A DNA stretch of 64,000 bases from Myxococcota bacterium (GCA_036012755.1 DASCPX010000059.1:129870-193869); one strand, 5' to 3'. Counted from the first letter of the stretch, positions 17,907 to 28,023 are shown. Notes: a model not told the origin generated them from the sequence alone. Numbers and translations: made by a program.

Positions 17907-19493
17907 GTGTCCCCGGTCGGTCACAACATCGAGATGAGGCCTGGCGACGCCATCGGCTTCTTCCGTCCGGACCACGGGCCCATCGACCTCGTCGCGATCG
18001 AGCCGAGCCGCGTCTTCGCATTCGACTACGAGGACCTGCTGCGGGAGCAGCCCGAGCAGGCTGCACGGATGCGAGCGCTCTTCTTTGACGAAGCCGTGGA
18101 GCTCCGTCGCCGTCGCCGTCGCCTGGAGCTCGGCCTTGCGAGCTACCTGGTGAGGCCTGGAGCCCGGATCATGCCGGGGCCCTATCACTCCCGCGACGTG
18201 CGCATGGACCTCTTCCTGGTGGACCTCGTGGAGCCCGTCGACTGTCCCGAGTACATGGTCCGGGTCTTCGAGCGCAGGGCGCTCATGGTCGCCGCCAGCT
18301 TCCCCAGCTTCGGCACCTCTGATCTCGTCGTGGATCCCTTCGTCTACGCGGAGATCGCCCTGTTCGTGCCGATGCTGCACCCCGCTCGGGGCCCGGTGTT
18401 GTACTGCCCGGAGCTCCGCCCGGACAACCTGATGGCGCTCGTCACCGGGCGCGAGATGCACGGCTTCCCCAAGCGCTTCGCCCAGGCGGTCCTGGCCGAG
18501 GATGATGGCCTGACCCTCTGCAGCCACCCGCGGCGCGGGCGCGTGCTCGCATGCATCGAGCGCTGGCTGGATGTCCCCGGGCACCTCGTGCTGGCTCGGG
18601 AGCGCCTCTGCCAGCCGGCCCGCTGGGGCCACTTCCGGGACGGGTCGTGGACCCAGAGGCCCCACCCCGAGTTGTTTCCGGATTGCCGCGAGCTCCTGCT
18701 GCTGCTCGATGGTCGGCTGGAGTTGGTGCTCGCCAGCCGAGGAAAGGGCCTCGGTGGATCCATCGATGGTGCCTTCGGCCTTCCGATCCGTGATGGCGCA
18801 GTCACCGTCGCCTCCTGGTGGCAGGTCCACGGCTTCCGCTCGGGTCCGCCCATCCGGCGCGTCGTCTTCAACCGACTGGCTTTCTCCTCCGGCGAGGCCA
18901 CTTGGCTGAGGAACACGAGGCTCGACGCGCTGTCCGGGTACTGGACTGAGCAGAAGGCGCTGGCTGCTGTGCGCATCGAGGGAAGGTGCAAGTGGATCCC
19001 CCAGCAGGATCCAGAACGTCCTCCCGACCGCCACCGCTTGAGGCATCCTTGGCGTCCTTGGAGGCACCGATGTTCCTTCTGCTGGCCTGTACGCAGCCCA
19101 CCGAGCGTGCGCCCTCCGATCCCCCGACGCTCGCGGCCATCGAGGGCGAGGACAACGGGATCACGACCCTGGCGGCGCAGGCGGTGGATCAGAGCCCCGA
19201 CTGGCTCGCCGACGATCTGCAGCTCCAGTTCGAGCAGCTCGACTCGACCGTCCAGGACGACCTCGCCGTGCTGCTCGTCGACCTCGACGATCCCTACCTC
19301 TACGACGAGGTGGCCTTCGCCATCGCGCACTCCTCGCCAGAGGATCTCACCAGCGGCGGCTTCGTCCCGGGTCTGCTCGTCGAGAACGCCCAGTGGATCT
19401 ACGACATCGAGCCGCTGTTGGACTACGTCACCCTCGTCGAGTACGGCGAGCCGGGCGACCCGGACCACTACACGACCACGAGCTACGTCGTGA
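17907..19493 (+). CDS. cNMP-like (partial) + ADC-fold protein, paralogue 5; probably rearranged
   Basis: RPGDAIG..LVAIEPSRVFAFD, GPY, YAEIALFVP, GREMHGFPKR. Protein-like sequence ends near 19070, but the frame runs about 420 bp into the next gene. Confidence 0.7.
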   Translation: MSPVGHNIEMRPGDAIGFFRPDHGPIDLVAIEPSRVFAFDYEDLLREQPEQAARMRALFFDEAVELRRRRRRLELGLASYLVRPGARIMPGPYHSRDVRMDLFLVDLVEPVDCPEYMVRVFERRALMVAASFPSFGTSDLVVDPFVYAEIALFVPMLHPARGPVLYCPELRPDNLMALVTGREMHGFPKRFAQAVLAEDDGLTLCSHPRRGRVLACIERWLDVPGHLVLARERLCQPARWGHFRDGSWTQRPHPELFPDCRELLLLLDGRLELVLASRGKGLGGSIDGAFGLPIRDGAVTVASWWQVHGFRSGPPIRRVVFNRLAFSSGEATWLRNTRLDALSGYWTEQKALAAVRIEGRCKWIPQQDPERPPDRHRLRHPWRPWRHRCSFCWPVRSPPSVRPPIPRRSRPSRARTTGSRPWRRRRWIRAPTGSPTICSSSSSSSTRPSRTTSPCCSSTSTIPTSTTRWPSPSRTPRQRISPAAASSRVCSSRTPSGSTTSSRCWTTSPSSSTASRATRTTTRPRATS

Positions 19494-20887
19494 GCGACGC
19501 CGACGGGGAGCTCTTCGAGGTCGAGATCGATCCGGAGGTCTACTACTGGTTCGTCGTCCACCCCAGCATCGAGGACGAGAGCCCCTGGTACGTCGAGGCC
19601 TGGGACGAGTGCAAGCGCAGCTCCCTGGAGTGTCCCTCGAGCCCCGAGGAGGGCGGCACCTTCTGGCGTCACTTCCTCTGGGAGGGGGCCCGGGACACCT
19701 GTCCCGAGGACGACCAGTGCCCGGTGCTCGATGAGATCCTGCCTGGTCTGGAGGTGGCTTGGACCAGCGGCTCCTACGCAGACGAGGCCGGCGCCATCAG
19801 CCAGATCGCCCGCTTCATGCTCTACAACGACGAGGACTTCGGTCGCTGGTTGACCTTCGGCGCATACGACGAGCGCAGCATCCAGCCCAACCGGATCTAC
19901 GGCCTGGGTCGCGGGAACTGCGGCGAGTGGGCCGACATGACGACCGCGCTCACGCGCACTGCGCTCATTCCCAACTACAACGTCGCCCCCGCGTCCTGGG
20001 ACCACACCTGGAACGAGTTCTACGACGCCTACGAGGACCGCTGGGTCGCATGGGAGCCCGTCAACTTCTGGCTCGACCACGCCTACGGGGCTCCCTACAG
20101 CAACTACGCCACCCGCGGTGACTCACAGGTCTTCAACGTCACGACCCAGTACATCGAGGACACCTTCACGATGCAGTACGTCGTGACCGACGCCGACGGG
20201 CTGCCTGTCGACGGGGCCTCTGTGGCGCTCATCACCCCCTGGGACGATGGCTGGGGCTACGCCGGCGAGACCTCCACCGACATCCACGGTGTCGCGACCT
20301 TCGAGGTTCGAGCCGAGTCCGACTACGCCTTCCGTGTCGATCACCCGACCCTGGGTGGCTACCCCGACGAGAGCTTCACCTACGGCTCCCAGGGCATCGC
20401 GATCGGCGAGACGGACATCACCGAGGTGAGCCTGCCCGGCTCCCGCGAGCCCTTGCCGGTGCGCACCCTGGAGCCCCTGGACGTCGCCGCCCCGAGCGCC
20501 GCGTTGTCCATCTCGGGCACGGTCGACTCCTCCCGGGTGTACACCACCTCCTGGCGCTTCGGGGAGCAGTTCTCCGTCGAGGACGAGCCCATCGAGGTGA
20601 GCTGGTTCCTGACCGACGACCTCGGCTACGAGGCCTTCCGGGCCGGCGCGGACCACGTCGTCTTCGCCGAGGGCAGCCTGGGCGAGGAGGCGAGCCTGGA
20701 GCTGGCCTTCGCCAAGAGCTGGAGGCTGGTCTTCGTGAACGAGTCGGTCGTCTCCACCGCAGCGGTGGGTGAGATCGAGCTCGGGGTCTCGCCGACGGAG
20801 GATGCCCGCTGGGAGGGCTCGCTCGAGCACGGTGAGCTCCTGCGGTTGTTGCCTGGCGAGCACGTCGCCGTGGCGCTGGACAAGTGA
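19070..20887 (+). CDS. Transglutaminase-like domain lipoprotein
   Basis: GGAGG RBS, MFLLLAC; GRGNCGEWAD (Cys), DHTWNEFY (His), WVAWEP; followed by a carboxypeptidase-regulatory-like Ig domain (DADGLPVDGASV..TDIHG). Confidence 0.85.
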   Translation: MFLLLACTQPTERAPSDPPTLAAIEGEDNGITTLAAQAVDQSPDWLADDLQLQFEQLDSTVQDDLAVLLVDLDDPYLYDEVAFAIAHSSPEDLTSGGFVPGLLVENAQWIYDIEPLLDYVTLVEYGEPGDPDHYTTTSYVVSDADGELFEVEIDPEVYYWFVVHPSIEDESPWYVEAWDECKRSSLECPSSPEEGGTFWRHFLWEGARDTCPEDDQCPVLDEILPGLEVAWTSGSYADEAGAISQIARFMLYNDEDFGRWLTFGAYDERSIQPNRIYGLGRGNCGEWADMTTALTRTALIPNYNVAPASWDHTWNEFYDAYEDRWVAWEPVNFWLDHAYGAPYSNYATRGDSQVFNVTTQYIEDTFTMQYVVTDADGLPVDGASVALITPWDDGWGYAGETSTDIHGVATFEVRAESDYAFRVDHPTLGGYPDESFTYGSQGIAIGETDITEVSLPGSREPLPVRTLEPLDVAAPSAALSISGTVDSSRVYTTSWRFGEQFSVEDEPIEVSWFLTDDLGYEAFRAGADHVVFAEGSLGEEASLELAFAKSWRLVFVNESVVSTAAVGEIELGVSPTEDARWEGSLEHGELLRLLPGEHVAVALDK

Positions 20888-21495
20888 TCCTGGTCCTGGT
20901 CGCTTGTGTCGAGACCGTCGAGGACCTCGACAGCGCGGTCACCGACAGCGAGCCCGACAGCGACACGGACGCCGATGCCGACGCCGATGCCGACGCGGAT
21001 GGCGACAGCGACAGCGACACGGACTCGCCCTATGCCGGAGTGCTCCTGGAGCCGCCCCTGGCGCCCCCGGAGTTCTCTGTGGAGAACCAGGACCGGGAGT
21101 CGCGAGATGCCGACTGGCTCGCTGGCCACGGCACGGTCCTGTGGTTCTTCCGGAACGCTGGCTCCTCGTGAACGAACGACGGTTGCGGGTACCGCGACCT
21201 CCAGAGTGACTTCGACGCCCTGGGCGTGAGCATCGTCGCGGTCGGCTTCGCGGAGCCCGACGCCACCCGGGCCTGGGCGGACCAGCTCGGCTACGACTAC
21301 GAGATCTGGACCGACGCCGACCACGTCATCGCGGAGCACTACGACGTGCTCGTCGACTGGGAGGAGGTCCCGATGCGTCACGCCTTCATCCTGGGCGAGG
21401 ACGCTCATGCGGTGATCTGGCACGAGGGCGCGGTGTCCACTGGCGCCGATCCCGAGGCCGTGCTCTCCGACTGCGAGCAGCTCTTCGGCCAGTGA
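20884..21495 (+). CDS. Selenocysteine-containing peroxiredoxin (BCP/AhpC-TSA family) lipoprotein
   Basis: ORFs 20884-21171 and 21226-21495 share one frame. Reading through TGA 21169-21171 gives VLWFFRNAGSS-U-TNDGCGYRDLQSDFDALGVSIVAVG, matching BCP FYP..TPGCT.EAC.FRD. Confidence 0.87.
21181..21199 (+). promoter_or_regulatory. Bacterial SECIS element
   Basis: GGTTGCGG-GTA-CCGCGACC hairpin starting 9 nt after the UGA, with a G-led loop; resembles the E. coli fdhF SECIS GGUUGCAGGUCUGCACC. Confidence 0.78.
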
Positions 21496-21545
21496 GCCGC
21501 GGCCCTGGGCCGCCCCCTGACTCGCTGGAGGCTATAGATGAGGTC

Positions 21546-23495
21546 GTGCTCCTCGCCCTCCTCGCCTGTCGTCCGGCCTCGCAGGCCGAGCGCAGCGTCA
21601 TCGTCATCGTCGTCGACGGTGTGCGCGTCGAGGAGTCGCTCTCCGAAGAGGTGAGCGAGCTCTCGGGGTTGGCCGGCCGGGACCACTGGCCGGGCATCTG
21701 GAGCGAGCTCGCGCCGCATGGGACCGTGCTCACGAACGTGCGAAACCAGGGCACGACGATCACCGCGCCCGCTCACGCGACCATGTTCACCGGAGCCAGG
21801 ATCCCCCTCGGGAACATGGCCGTCGACGAGGGGGTCGGGCTCTATCGCCCTGAGAGGCCGACCATCGTCGAGGAGGCGCGCCGACAGCTGGACCTCGACG
21901 CGGACGAGGTGATGGTGATGGCGAACCAGTCACTGATCTCGCCGATGACGTGGTCGATGATGCCCGGCTACGGCGAGGAGCTCGGCGCTACCTGGTTCCA
22001 CGTCGTGTCCTCGCCTGGCAGCGAGCGTCCGGCGCCAGAGGACAGCCAGGTCTTCAGCACCCTCGAGCGGCAGCTGGAGGCGGGCGAGCCTCGGTTGGTG
22101 GTGGCGAACCTCAAGGCGGTCGACCGAGTCGGACACTACGGCGATGGGGTCGAGGACTACCTCGAGGCGGTCGAGAAGGTCGACGGACCGCTCGTGTCCC
22201 TCTGGGCGCACATCCAGGACGACCCCTCCTACGCAGGCAACACCGTGCTGATCGTGACCTCTGATCACGGCCGGCATCGCCTCGGCGATCCCGGCGGAGA
22301 CGACTACTGGCGCAACCACGGGACCGCGGTCGAGGGGGACCGGCAGATCCCGGTGATCCTGCTGGGAGCTGGCGTCGAAGCCGGCATCGAGGACGACACG
22401 CCCTACGCGCTGTCGGACCTCGCCCCCACCGTCGCCGCGTTGTTGGAGATCGATCTGCCCTGGGCGGAGGGCCTGCCGATGAACGTCGCGCTGGTCGAGG
22501 ATGTCGAGGGGCGCAGCGGCGTGGCCCAGGTCGCGGCGGCTGGCGACGAGCTCGTGCTGGTGGAGTACGCCTCTGACCCCGGCGCTCGCAGCGCCGTGAC
22601 CTGGAACGGAGAGCTGGTGTCCTCTGACGAGGCATGGGCCGCAGAGGCCCCAGCCGTCGTCGCGGACGAGGAGGTCGCGTACGCCTGCTGGCGGGAGCTG
22701 ATCCAGGACGAGGAGGCCTCGCCCTGGGTGCCGCGCTGCGCCATGCGCGGGCCGAGCGGTCTCACGGACCTGGAGCCCCCCGTCGACGAGGTCAACGCCC
22801 ACTGGCGACCTGACATGCGGCTCTCCGACGGCGGCCTGGCGCTGAGCTTCGTCGACAACCCGGACGACATCGCCCAGCCTGGCATCGACGGCGAGGTCGG
22901 CCCGGTCTGGTTCAGGCTGGTCGCCGGCGCTTGGGAGTCTGGCCGGGATCCTGACCCCGCGCTGCGCTACCCCACCGACGCGGTCACTGTCGAGGTGTCG
23001 GAGGGGCAGCTCACCGCGTTTATCGCCAGCACCTACAGCAATGACTCCCGGGGGGACCGTCGCGTCTACGTGCAGCGGTCGAGCTGGGCGGAGGAGGGCT
23101 TCGCCGTCGAGGCGCCCGAGGCTGTGGATCTGTCCGCTGTCGCGCCGACGGAGGGCGACTGGCGGGTCGAGCGCCCCGCGCTCCGCGTCGATGGGGAAAC
23201 GGTCGAGCTGCTCGTCGTCGGGGTCACGGGCGACGACCGCGTCGTCCTCCGGGTCCAGAGTCCGGACGGGGGCGTCAGCTGGAACGCCGCCAACATCGTG
23301 GTGAGCGACGCCTCGCTGCCACTCCACCTCGGCCCGCTCTGGGCTGGGGTGGAGCCCGCCTGGGTGAGCGCCGCGGGGCTCTGCACTCGCCTCGGCTGCG
23401 AGGACCCCGGGGGACCGGTGAAGGACTGGGCCTGGGATGGCTCGGAGCTGGTCGCGGTCGTCGGGGATGACGAGGGCGGCTGGGCCCTTCGATAG
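21546..23495 (+). CDS. Alkaline phosphatase/sulfatase-superfamily lipoprotein
   Basis: MLLALLAC; VIVIVVDGVR, TITAPAHATMFTG, DRVGH, LIVTSDHGR metal-binding motifs. Confidence 0.85.
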   Translation: MLLALLACRPASQAERSVIVIVVDGVRVEESLSEEVSELSGLAGRDHWPGIWSELAPHGTVLTNVRNQGTTITAPAHATMFTGARIPLGNMAVDEGVGLYRPERPTIVEEARRQLDLDADEVMVMANQSLISPMTWSMMPGYGEELGATWFHVVSSPGSERPAPEDSQVFSTLERQLEAGEPRLVVANLKAVDRVGHYGDGVEDYLEAVEKVDGPLVSLWAHIQDDPSYAGNTVLIVTSDHGRHRLGDPGGDDYWRNHGTAVEGDRQIPVILLGAGVEAGIEDDTPYALSDLAPTVAALLEIDLPWAEGLPMNVALVEDVEGRSGVAQVAAAGDELVLVEYASDPGARSAVTWNGELVSSDEAWAAEAPAVVADEEVAYACWRELIQDEEASPWVPRCAMRGPSGLTDLEPPVDEVNAHWRPDMRLSDGGLALSFVDNPDDIAQPGIDGEVGPVWFRLVAGAWESGRDPDPALRYPTDAVTVEVSEGQLTAFIASTYSNDSRGDRRVYVQRSSWAEEGFAVEAPEAVDLSAVAPTEGDWRVERPALRVDGETVELLVVGVTGDDRVVLRVQSPDGGVSWNAANIVVSDASLPLHLGPLWAGVEPAWVSAAGLCTRLGCEDPGGPVKDWAWDGSELVAVVGDDEGGWALR

Positions 23496-23527
23496 GCCTG
23501 CTTCAGGGCGGTCTCCAGCACGGGGCC

Positions 23528-23592
23528 GCGCCCGTGAGGTTCGTCCCAGTCCAGCTCCGGTCGTGCCAGGTGCCGTCGATGAGGAGTCCCAT
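23528..23592 (-). pseudogene. yqjG: Collapsed remnant of glutathionyl-hydroquinone reductase (YqjG/ECM4 family)
   Basis: ATG at 23592 gives MGLLIDGTWHD, joined out of frame directly to PELDWDEPHGR; these match the family's N- and C-terminal signatures. Confidence 0.7.
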
Positions 23593-23662
23593 GTCTCCCA
23601 GCAGCCGGAGACCGGTGGTGGCGTTCCGGAACGTTGCGTCCTATCAGGCATCCTCTTGCCCT

Positions 23663-24763
23663 ATGCGTACTCTCGGCCAGCGCCTTGCAGTGTGGGGAGC
23701 CCGGCTTGTGGCCTGGTTGCTCGGAGTAGTGCTCTTCCGCTGGCGGGCGAAGGGCGCCGAGCACGTCGAGCGCGAGGGCCCGCTGCTCTTGCTGTGCAAC
23801 CACACGAGCTTCTTCGACCCCGTGTGGGCGGGCTACTTCGTAGGCGGGGACGTAGCCTTCATGGCCTCGACAAACCTCTTCCGGAACAGGTTCGTCGGCG
23901 CCTTCGTCTCGGCGCTCGGTGCCTTCCCGAAGGTCCGCTACATGAAGGACCGGGACTCGATGGCCGAGCTGGCTCGACGCTACGAAGCTGGCGAGGTCAT
24001 CTGCATCTTCCCAGAGGGCAAGCGGACCTGGGACGGGCGCAACGAGCCGGTCCTGCCAGGGATCGGGCGACTCGTGAAGCGCCTGGGTGCCGAGGTGGTG
24101 TTCTGCCGGTTGACCACCGCCCATCTCTTCCATCCGCGCTGGGCCCGCTTCCCGCGCTGGGTGCCGGTCGAGATCGAGTACTCGCCGCTGCGGGCCTTCC
24201 AGGACCGGACGCCGGAAGAGATCACCGCAGCCGTCGACGAGGGCATCCGCATCGACGTGCGAGCTCGGCCAGCGGGCTTCGCCTGGGGCTTCCGCATGGC
24301 CGAGGGGCTGCCGACGTGGCTCTGGGCCTGCCCCTCCTGCTTCACCCTGGAGTCCCTCCTGCCTCGGGGCAACCGCGTCTGTTGCGGGAGCTGCTCGGCG
24401 TCCTGGCGGCTGACGGTCTACGGCGAGCTGCTGCCGGGCCTCGACGTGCCCCTGGCGCACCAGGCCATCGCCGATCACTTCGGAGCCCTCCCGGACCCCT
24501 CCCTGCTCTCAGGCGAGGGACGCCTCGTGGACCTTGCCGATGACAGCGTGGTGGCCGAGGGAGTCGTGGGCTTCGACGAGGCGGGGTTGGACGTCGGAGA
24601 GGACCGCTTTTTGTGGTCCGATGTGCTCGTGCTGGTCGTCGAGGTCGCCGATCAGCTCCACGTGCGCACCGACGGGCGACTCATGCGGCTGGAGATCCCA
24701 GGGCAGTCGCCCATGAAGTGGATCCACTTCATGCGCCCCCACTGGCAGGCGGCGCGGAGTTAG
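23663..24763 (+). CDS. Lysophospholipid acyltransferase (PlsC-like) with C-terminal Zn-ribbon extension
   Basis: CNHTSFFD (HxxxxD), IFPEGKRTWDG; CPSC...CGSC. Confidence 0.88.
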   Translation: MRTLGQRLAVWGARLVAWLLGVVLFRWRAKGAEHVEREGPLLLLCNHTSFFDPVWAGYFVGGDVAFMASTNLFRNRFVGAFVSALGAFPKVRYMKDRDSMAELARRYEAGEVICIFPEGKRTWDGRNEPVLPGIGRLVKRLGAEVVFCRLTTAHLFHPRWARFPRWVPVEIEYSPLRAFQDRTPEEITAAVDEGIRIDVRARPAGFAWGFRMAEGLPTWLWACPSCFTLESLLPRGNRVCCGSCSASWRLTVYGELLPGLDVPLAHQAIADHFGALPDPSLLSGEGRLVDLADDSVVAEGVVGFDEAGLDVGEDRFLWSDVLVLVVEVADQLHVRTDGRLMRLEIPGQSPMKWIHFMRPHWQAARS

Positions 24764-24772
24764 ACACCCCTG

Positions 24773-26557
24773 ATGGCCTCCTACGCGCTGCCGATGACGC
24801 TCCGAGAGGCCGGCGGGCCCCTCGACGTCGTGCTCGTCACCGGTGACGCCTACGTCGACCACCCCTCTTGGGGTGTCGGAGCGGTCGGTCGGTGGCTGCA
24901 GGCCCACGGCTTCTCCGTCGGAGTCATCGCCCAGCCGGACTGGAGCAGCCCGGAGGCCTTTCGCGTCCTGGGCCGACCGCGCCTCTTCTTCGGCGTGACC
25001 GCCGGGAACATGGACTCGATGGTCAACCGCTACACGGCCTCGCGGAGGCTGCGCAGCTCGGACGCCTACGCTCCTGGTGGAGCTGTCGACGGCCGCCCGG
25101 ACCGGGCGACCATCGCCTTCACCGGTCGCTGCCGTCAGGCCTTCCCTGGAGTGCCGGTCGTCGTCGGCGGTGTCGAGGCCTCGCTGCGACGGCTGGTCCA
25201 CTACGACTTCTGGCAGGACAAGATCCGGGGGTCCATCCTCCTGGATGCCAAGGCCGACCTCCTCGTCTATGGCATGGGCGAGCGTCAAGTCATCGAGATC
25301 GCACGACGTTTGAGAGACGGCAGGGAGATTCGCGACTGCAGGGACATTCCGGGAACTGCCTACGCTCTGGGTGCGAAGGAGCCCCCGCCCGACGGCGGTA
25401 TCGAGCTGCCTTCGCTCTCGGACTGTCGAAAGAACATGAGCGATTTCAATAGGGTGACGCTCTTGATGCATCGAGAGAGCAACCCGCACTGCGGCAAGGT
25501 GCTGCTCCAGCGCCACGGCTCGCGGGTGGTCGTCCAGAACCCAGCGGCGGAGCCCATCACCACCGAGATGATGGACCGTCTCCACGAGCTGCCCTACACC
25601 TACCGGGCGCACCCCTCCTACCGGGAGCCCATCCCGGCGTTGGCGAGCATCTGCGGCAGCGTCACCGTGAACCGGGGCTGCTCGGGAGGCTGCAGCTTCT
25701 GCGCCCTGACCATCCACCAGGGCAAGGACGTCACCTCCCGCAGCTCCGAGTCCGTGCTGCGTGAGCTCCGGAGCAGGGCCAGGGGCTTCAAGGGGATCGT
25801 GTCGGATCTCGGTGGGCCGACCGCGAACATGTTCCACATGAGGTGCACCAGCGAGGCAGCCAACGCCCTCTGTCGCCGTGTCAGTTGCCTCCACCCGGTG
25901 CGCTGCAAGCACTACGGCACCGACCACGGCCCCTACCTGGATCTGCTGCGTCGCGCTCGAGCCTTGCCCGGTGTGCGCCGGGTCTTCATCAACTCTGGAA
26001 TACGCTACGATCTGGCGGACTTGGATGGTGATTTCGTCGAAGAGCTCGCCGAGCATCACGTCCAGGGGCAGCTCAGCGTGGCGCCAGAGCACGCGGCCGC
26101 TGCGGCTCTGGGCTACATGAAGAAGCCAGAGATCCGGTACTTCACGAAGTTCATGGAGCGCTTCCGGGCTGCCAACGAGCGCCTCGGCATCAAGCAGTAC
26201 CTCGTGCCCTACTTCCAGTGTGCCCATCCTGGTGTCGGCCCGGAGGAGACCATCGAACTCGCGCTGTACATGAAGAAGCACGGACTGCGCCCCAGGCAGG
26301 TCCAGATGTTCATGCCGACCCCGGCGACGCTGGCCACGGCGATGTACGTGACGGGGGTCGACCCTTTCACGAAGAAGCCCGTCGTCGTGGCCAGGGGCGG
26401 CAAGGAGCGCAGCCGGCAGCGGGCGCTGTTGCTCTATTGGAAGAAGGAGGAGTGGCCGCACGTGCGCGAGGCGCTGATCGCCTGGGGTCGCCGGGACCTG
26501 ATCTCACGGGGGCCCAGCGGTCTCGTGCCTCCGGGGCCAGCCTCTTGCGACGACTGA
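24773..26557 (+). CDS. ygiQ: YgiQ/UPF0313 radical SAM protein
   Basis: [58 protein letters not shown]. Confidence 0.95.
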   Translation: MASYALPMTLREAGGPLDVVLVTGDAYVDHPSWGVGAVGRWLQAHGFSVGVIAQPDWSSPEAFRVLGRPRLFFGVTAGNMDSMVNRYTASRRLRSSDAYAPGGAVDGRPDRATIAFTGRCRQAFPGVPVVVGGVEASLRRLVHYDFWQDKIRGSILLDAKADLLVYGMGERQVIEIARRLRDGREIRDCRDIPGTAYALGAKEPPPDGGIELPSLSDCRKNMSDFNRVTLLMHRESNPHCGKVLLQRHGSRVVVQNPAAEPITTEMMDRLHELPYTYRAHPSYREPIPALASICGSVTVNRGCSGGCSFCALTIHQGKDVTSRSSESVLRELRSRARGFKGIVSDLGGPTANMFHMRCTSEAANALCRRVSCLHPVRCKHYGTDHGPYLDLLRRARALPGVRRVFINSGIRYDLADLDGDFVEELAEHHVQGQLSVAPEHAAAAALGYMKKPEIRYFTKFMERFRAANERLGIKQYLVPYFQCAHPGVGPEETIELALYMKKHGLRPRQVQMFMPTPATLATAMYVTGVDPFTKKPVVVARGGKERSRQRALLLYWKKEEWPHVREALIAWGRRDLISRGPSGLVPPGPASCDD

Positions 26558-26603
26558 CACCCAGCCGACTGCTGGTGTCCTCGGATCATGAGACCATCCC
26601 GCC

Positions 26604-27152
<549 letters not shown>

Positions 27153-27153
27153 G

Positions 27154-27645
27154 CTACCCGGTGATCTTCGAATAGGGCCGGTGCGTGTAGTACTTGGGGC
27201 GGTCGTCCAGGCGCACGTGCAGCCAGCTCACACCGAGGCCAGAGGTGCTCACCCAGGTCCTGCGCCCCATCCGGGCCGAGGCCTCGACCCCGACGCGCTG
27301 CCAGAAGGCGTCGATGTCCGGGTCCGACCCCTCCCGGAGGAAGGCGGCGAGGTGGGCGTGGGGAGCGGTCGGCGCCACCAGGCGCGCGTCGCCGCCCAGG
27401 TTGTCGAAGGCCGCGACCGGTCCGACCGCTCCCCGCAGCTCCGCGGCGAATGGTCGCGGATCCACCCGGAGTCGCGCCACCGCCCGGCTCTCGAGCACGA
27501 CGTACTCGAAGGGCTCCTCCCCGGTCGTGAAGGGGCGGCACTCCCAGAACAAGCCCGCGTACCCGAAGCCGCGAATCGCCTCGCTGAGCTCGCCGCGAAA
27601 GGCCGCCTCGCCCGCCAGCCGGGTTGCTGCAGTCCGCCAGTCCAC
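27154..27645 (-). CDS. Conserved hypothetical protein (DUF6940-like)
   Basis: FWECRP, FDNLGGDARLVAP, WVSTSGLGVSWLHVRLD..PKYY. Confidence 0.75.
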   Translation of the reverse strand: MDWRTAATRLAGEAAFRGELSEAIRGFGYAGLFWECRPFTTGEEPFEYVVLESRAVARLRVDPRPFAAELRGAVGPVAAFDNLGGDARLVAPTAPHAHLAAFLREGSDPDIDAFWQRVGVEASARMGRRTWVSTSGLGVSWLHVRLDDRPKYYTHRPYSKITG

Positions 27646-27648
27646 GGC

Positions 27649-28023
27649 TCAGGCGACGCCGAGCAGGGTTCCGAAGCGTCTCGAGTGGATGCCGCGCTCC
27701 GGGGCTGGCTCGACCATTCGCCGGAGCTTGCGCTGCGAGGCCTCACGGACGGAGAGCACCTCCCAGCCGTGAGCCATGCCGGAGGGGGTCTCACGGGCCC
27801 AGCGCCGCTGGACCTGGGCGATGAAGGCCGTGCGGCCGACCTGGACGCGGACCTCGACAGCCGTTGCAGTGTCGAGGTTCTTCAGGGACCCCCTGGCACA
27901 CAGGCCGCGCTCCGAGAGGTCTACGACCGTCCACGAGCCGGACGTCTCGCCCTGGCGGAACACGGCCTTTCCCTCAACGCGAACGCGGTCCGCATTCCTT
28001 GCGATCCAGCTGGCGACGTCCAT
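27649..28023 (-). CDS. PilZ domain protein
   Basis: RNADRV (RxxxR) and DLSERG (DxSxxG); ATG at 28023 after GGAAGGAAG. Confidence 0.8.
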   Translation of the reverse strand: MDVASWIARNADRVRVEGKAVFRQGETSGSWTVVDLSERGLCARGSLKNLDTATAVEVRVQVGRTAFIAQVQRRWARETPSGMAHGWEVLSVREASQRKLRRMVEPAPERGIHSRRFGTLLGVA

